Assembly: GCF_001194135.2 (NCBI RefSeq)
Contig: NC_068981.1
Coordinates: forward strand, 192,423,729-192,487,728
Origin: Octopus bimaculoides
Lineage: Eukaryota
Reading direction: 5' to 3'
Length of the DNA stretch: 64,000 bases
Shown here piece after piece: positions 61,660 to 64,000 of this stretch (the first letter of the stretch is position 1; every line of letters starts with the position of its first letter). The position numbers were made by a program, and so were the translations under genes. The notes beneath the pieces were generated by a model. The model saw only the letters and a list, made by a program, of their open reading frames with translations, searched no databases and was not told the DNA's origin.

Positions 61660-62775
61660 TTTAATCCAAATGAAAAAAAAAAAAAAATACTTGTTGACAC
61701 TCACGAGGTCTGATACTATTACCTTGTAAAATTTGATTTGATTTGGTCGAGCCGTTTGAGAATGCATATGAAACAGACAGACAGACAGACAGACAAAGAA
61801 TTTTATATTTATAGACAAGGAAGTCAATTTGTAGACAGAACTTACAAACCATGTTTGAGCGTATAAAGCTCCAGAAGAAAATGGCTTGAGTGAAAAAACT
61901 TGAGCTGCTTTAGGATAACTTTTTCTAACGCATGACCGCTCAGTGGCGTGGTTGAAATCTCATTAGTTTGTAATAAAGGCTTATCGGCTGTAAGTGGCCC
62001 ATACCAGTTATACATATGCATGTACGACCGCACGCACAGCGTTTTTCGATAGAGAGAGAGAAATGTAAATAGTGTATTTAAATAGACGGAGTGCAAAAAA
62101 TTTTAAATAAATAATGTTGTAGGGAGAACGTACAAATACCGTAAAGACAAAAATATTTACGCACGACAAAATTGAAATACACTGAAGTCAATTTTTAGGC
62201 AGATGTGACAAAACTGAATTTAAATACACTGGGTGAACAAAAATAAAAAATACCTAACTTATTTTTCAGGGAGAACGCACAAAAACCGTAACAACAGAGA
62301 TTTTTACGCATGACTAATTGAAATACACGGAAAGCAATTTGTAGACAGAAGTTAGTGTGTGAGTGAGTTAAAGAGAGAGAGAGAGAGAGAGAGAGAGAGT
62401 GTGTGTGTGTGTGTTAAAGAAACAGACAGACTAAAAGAGAGGATCTATTACAGAGGGTGAGAGAGAATATGTGTAAGCAAGAGAAAAAGAGAGAGAAGAG
62501 AGAAATAAACAGAGAGAGAGAAAAGGGAGAGAATCGGTTGAAAACTGCTGAAGTTTTTAAAGAAAACCCCTTGTAAAACACCGTTTTCCTAGGTTTCTCG
62601 CTTTACGCAGGAGATCTGGGAAAAGTACTATAGTGCATGACCATCCTTGGTACATAAGTAATGTGTGTGTAAAGTTTAATGAAAATTGGTTGAAAACTGT
62701 AGAGATGCACACGTACTACATACACTCGCGCGCGCACACACACTCATCCTTATATATATATATATATATCACTAA
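61660..62775 (+). mobile_element. Probable non-autonomous Helitron-like element(s) with microsatellites
   Basis: Two ends of the form subterminal motif + microsatellite + AT-rich tail (ggtcgagccgtttgag..(acag)n..ttatatttataga; aaattggttgaaaactgtag..(ca)n..cttatata); about 80-bp internal duplication 62121-62203 / 62268-62349. Confidence 0.4.
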
Positions 62776-63495
62776 TATAATTAGTGCCTTTTGTCGACGA
62801 CGACATAAACATATTACTTAGAAAGGGGGAGGGAGAACCACCAGTTAAGACAAGCAACATAAATTCCCCTACATGGTTTAGTGATTCTCAAGTTTGGTTA
62901 AATTTGACTGTCCTTTTCATAGCTGTTAACTATCCTTATACAATCTTCGATCAAATTGTTTGGCGAGAAAACTTGCTTACTTCCTTGGAAATTATGTCCC
63001 CTCAATCATGACGAGTCAGCCTGTGTTGATTGGTCTAGTCATATTCCCATAGGCTTTATAGTGACGCTATCGTTTACCTGGAAATACGTTAGCTTGTGTT
63101 TTAGACAGGGAATAATCTGAGAGCTATGGTTCAAATCTCAGCCAGGGTTTCGCTACAAGATAAACTTATATAAAACTGCTTATAACTGTGAATTTCATGT
63201 TTCTTCACCAAACGGATGTGTTGTTGGAGTAAAAAAGCAAGGATTGTGAGCGTTGAAACACCAACAAATATAATGGTTTCAAAAGGAGGGAATTTTAAGT
63301 GGATGGATGGCCATATTATCAACCGAAAGTGGAATGATGGCCATAATATCAACCGGAAGGTAATGAGAGATATGCTGATGAATGGGCGAGTGAAGAGAGC
63401 GGTAAAGGCACTTGAAGGAATTAGGGAGCGAGACTTTTTTCCAGAAGTCGTTAGAGGTCTTTGTAGCTGGGGTCTTGGTGAGAGAGAAGGAGGGA

Positions 63496-63496
<1 letters not shown>

Positions 63497-63580
<84 letters not shown>
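63497..63580. repeat. (GA)n microsatellite
   Basis: About 40 GA units; produces the RE/SL low-complexity ORFs. Confidence 0.95.
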
Positions 63581-63583
<3 letters not shown>

Positions 63584-63940
63584 TAATTCTACGAAAACAC
63601 AGACTCCACCTTGGTGGGAAGTTAGAGTAGAGGTGTATGAGTGCAAGTACTTTCCTTGACATTAAAACCCTATTCTTGTGTCGAGTGTATTTGTACTTTA
63701 TAAAAGAGCAGCAAACTCTCCAGAGCTAAAGGAATTAAACTTGTTTTTACTTGTTTCAGTCAATAGACTGCGACCGAACTGGGGCACCGCCTTGAAGAAT
63801 TTCTAGTCGAATGAATCGATCCCAGAATTTATAATTTTTTTTTAAGATTGGTACTTATTCTATCGGTCTTTTTTTGCGGAATCACTAAATTACGCGGACG
63901 TAAATAAACCAACACCGATTGTCAAGGGGTGGTGGAGGAC

Positions 63941-63979
<39 letters not shown>

Positions 63980-64000
63980 CACACACACACACACACACAC

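Noticed and set aside
63131-63662. Overlapping ORFs with RE/SL runs
   Set aside because: Largely produced by the (GA)n microsatellite; only the left part is kept as a weak candidate.

Overview
AT-rich, repeat-dense animal genomic DNA with six assembly gaps. The SINE/LINE families resemble those of octopus, so the taxon is my inference. Two intact spliced genes could be rebuilt by hand, arranged tail-to-tail: CEP76 (+, 12 coding exons, 15357-35333, 638 aa) and SYS1 (-, 3 coding exons, 56129-45711, 156 aa). The rest is mostly mobile DNA: an RTE LINE and many copies of its 3' tail, a decayed APE-type LINE, a Penelope-like element (PLE) in CEP76 intron 2, mariner remnants, TTAA MITEs, tRNA-derived SINEs and an (AAT)n-embedded element. 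Most notable: (1) CEP76 lacks the predicted catalytic Cys of its transglutaminase-like motif (GDCEDH -> GGSMDH); (2) hammerhead-ribozyme-like folds sit on opposite strands at the two ends of the PLE; (3) there is a near-perfect 399-bp inverted duplication and several fold-back hairpins in or near CEP76, which could be A-to-I editing substrates; (4) orphan minus-strand exon candidates may belong to a transcript diverging from the CEP76 promoter. No database search was run; homologies come from my recall of these families. I found no convincing wholly new multi-gene system.
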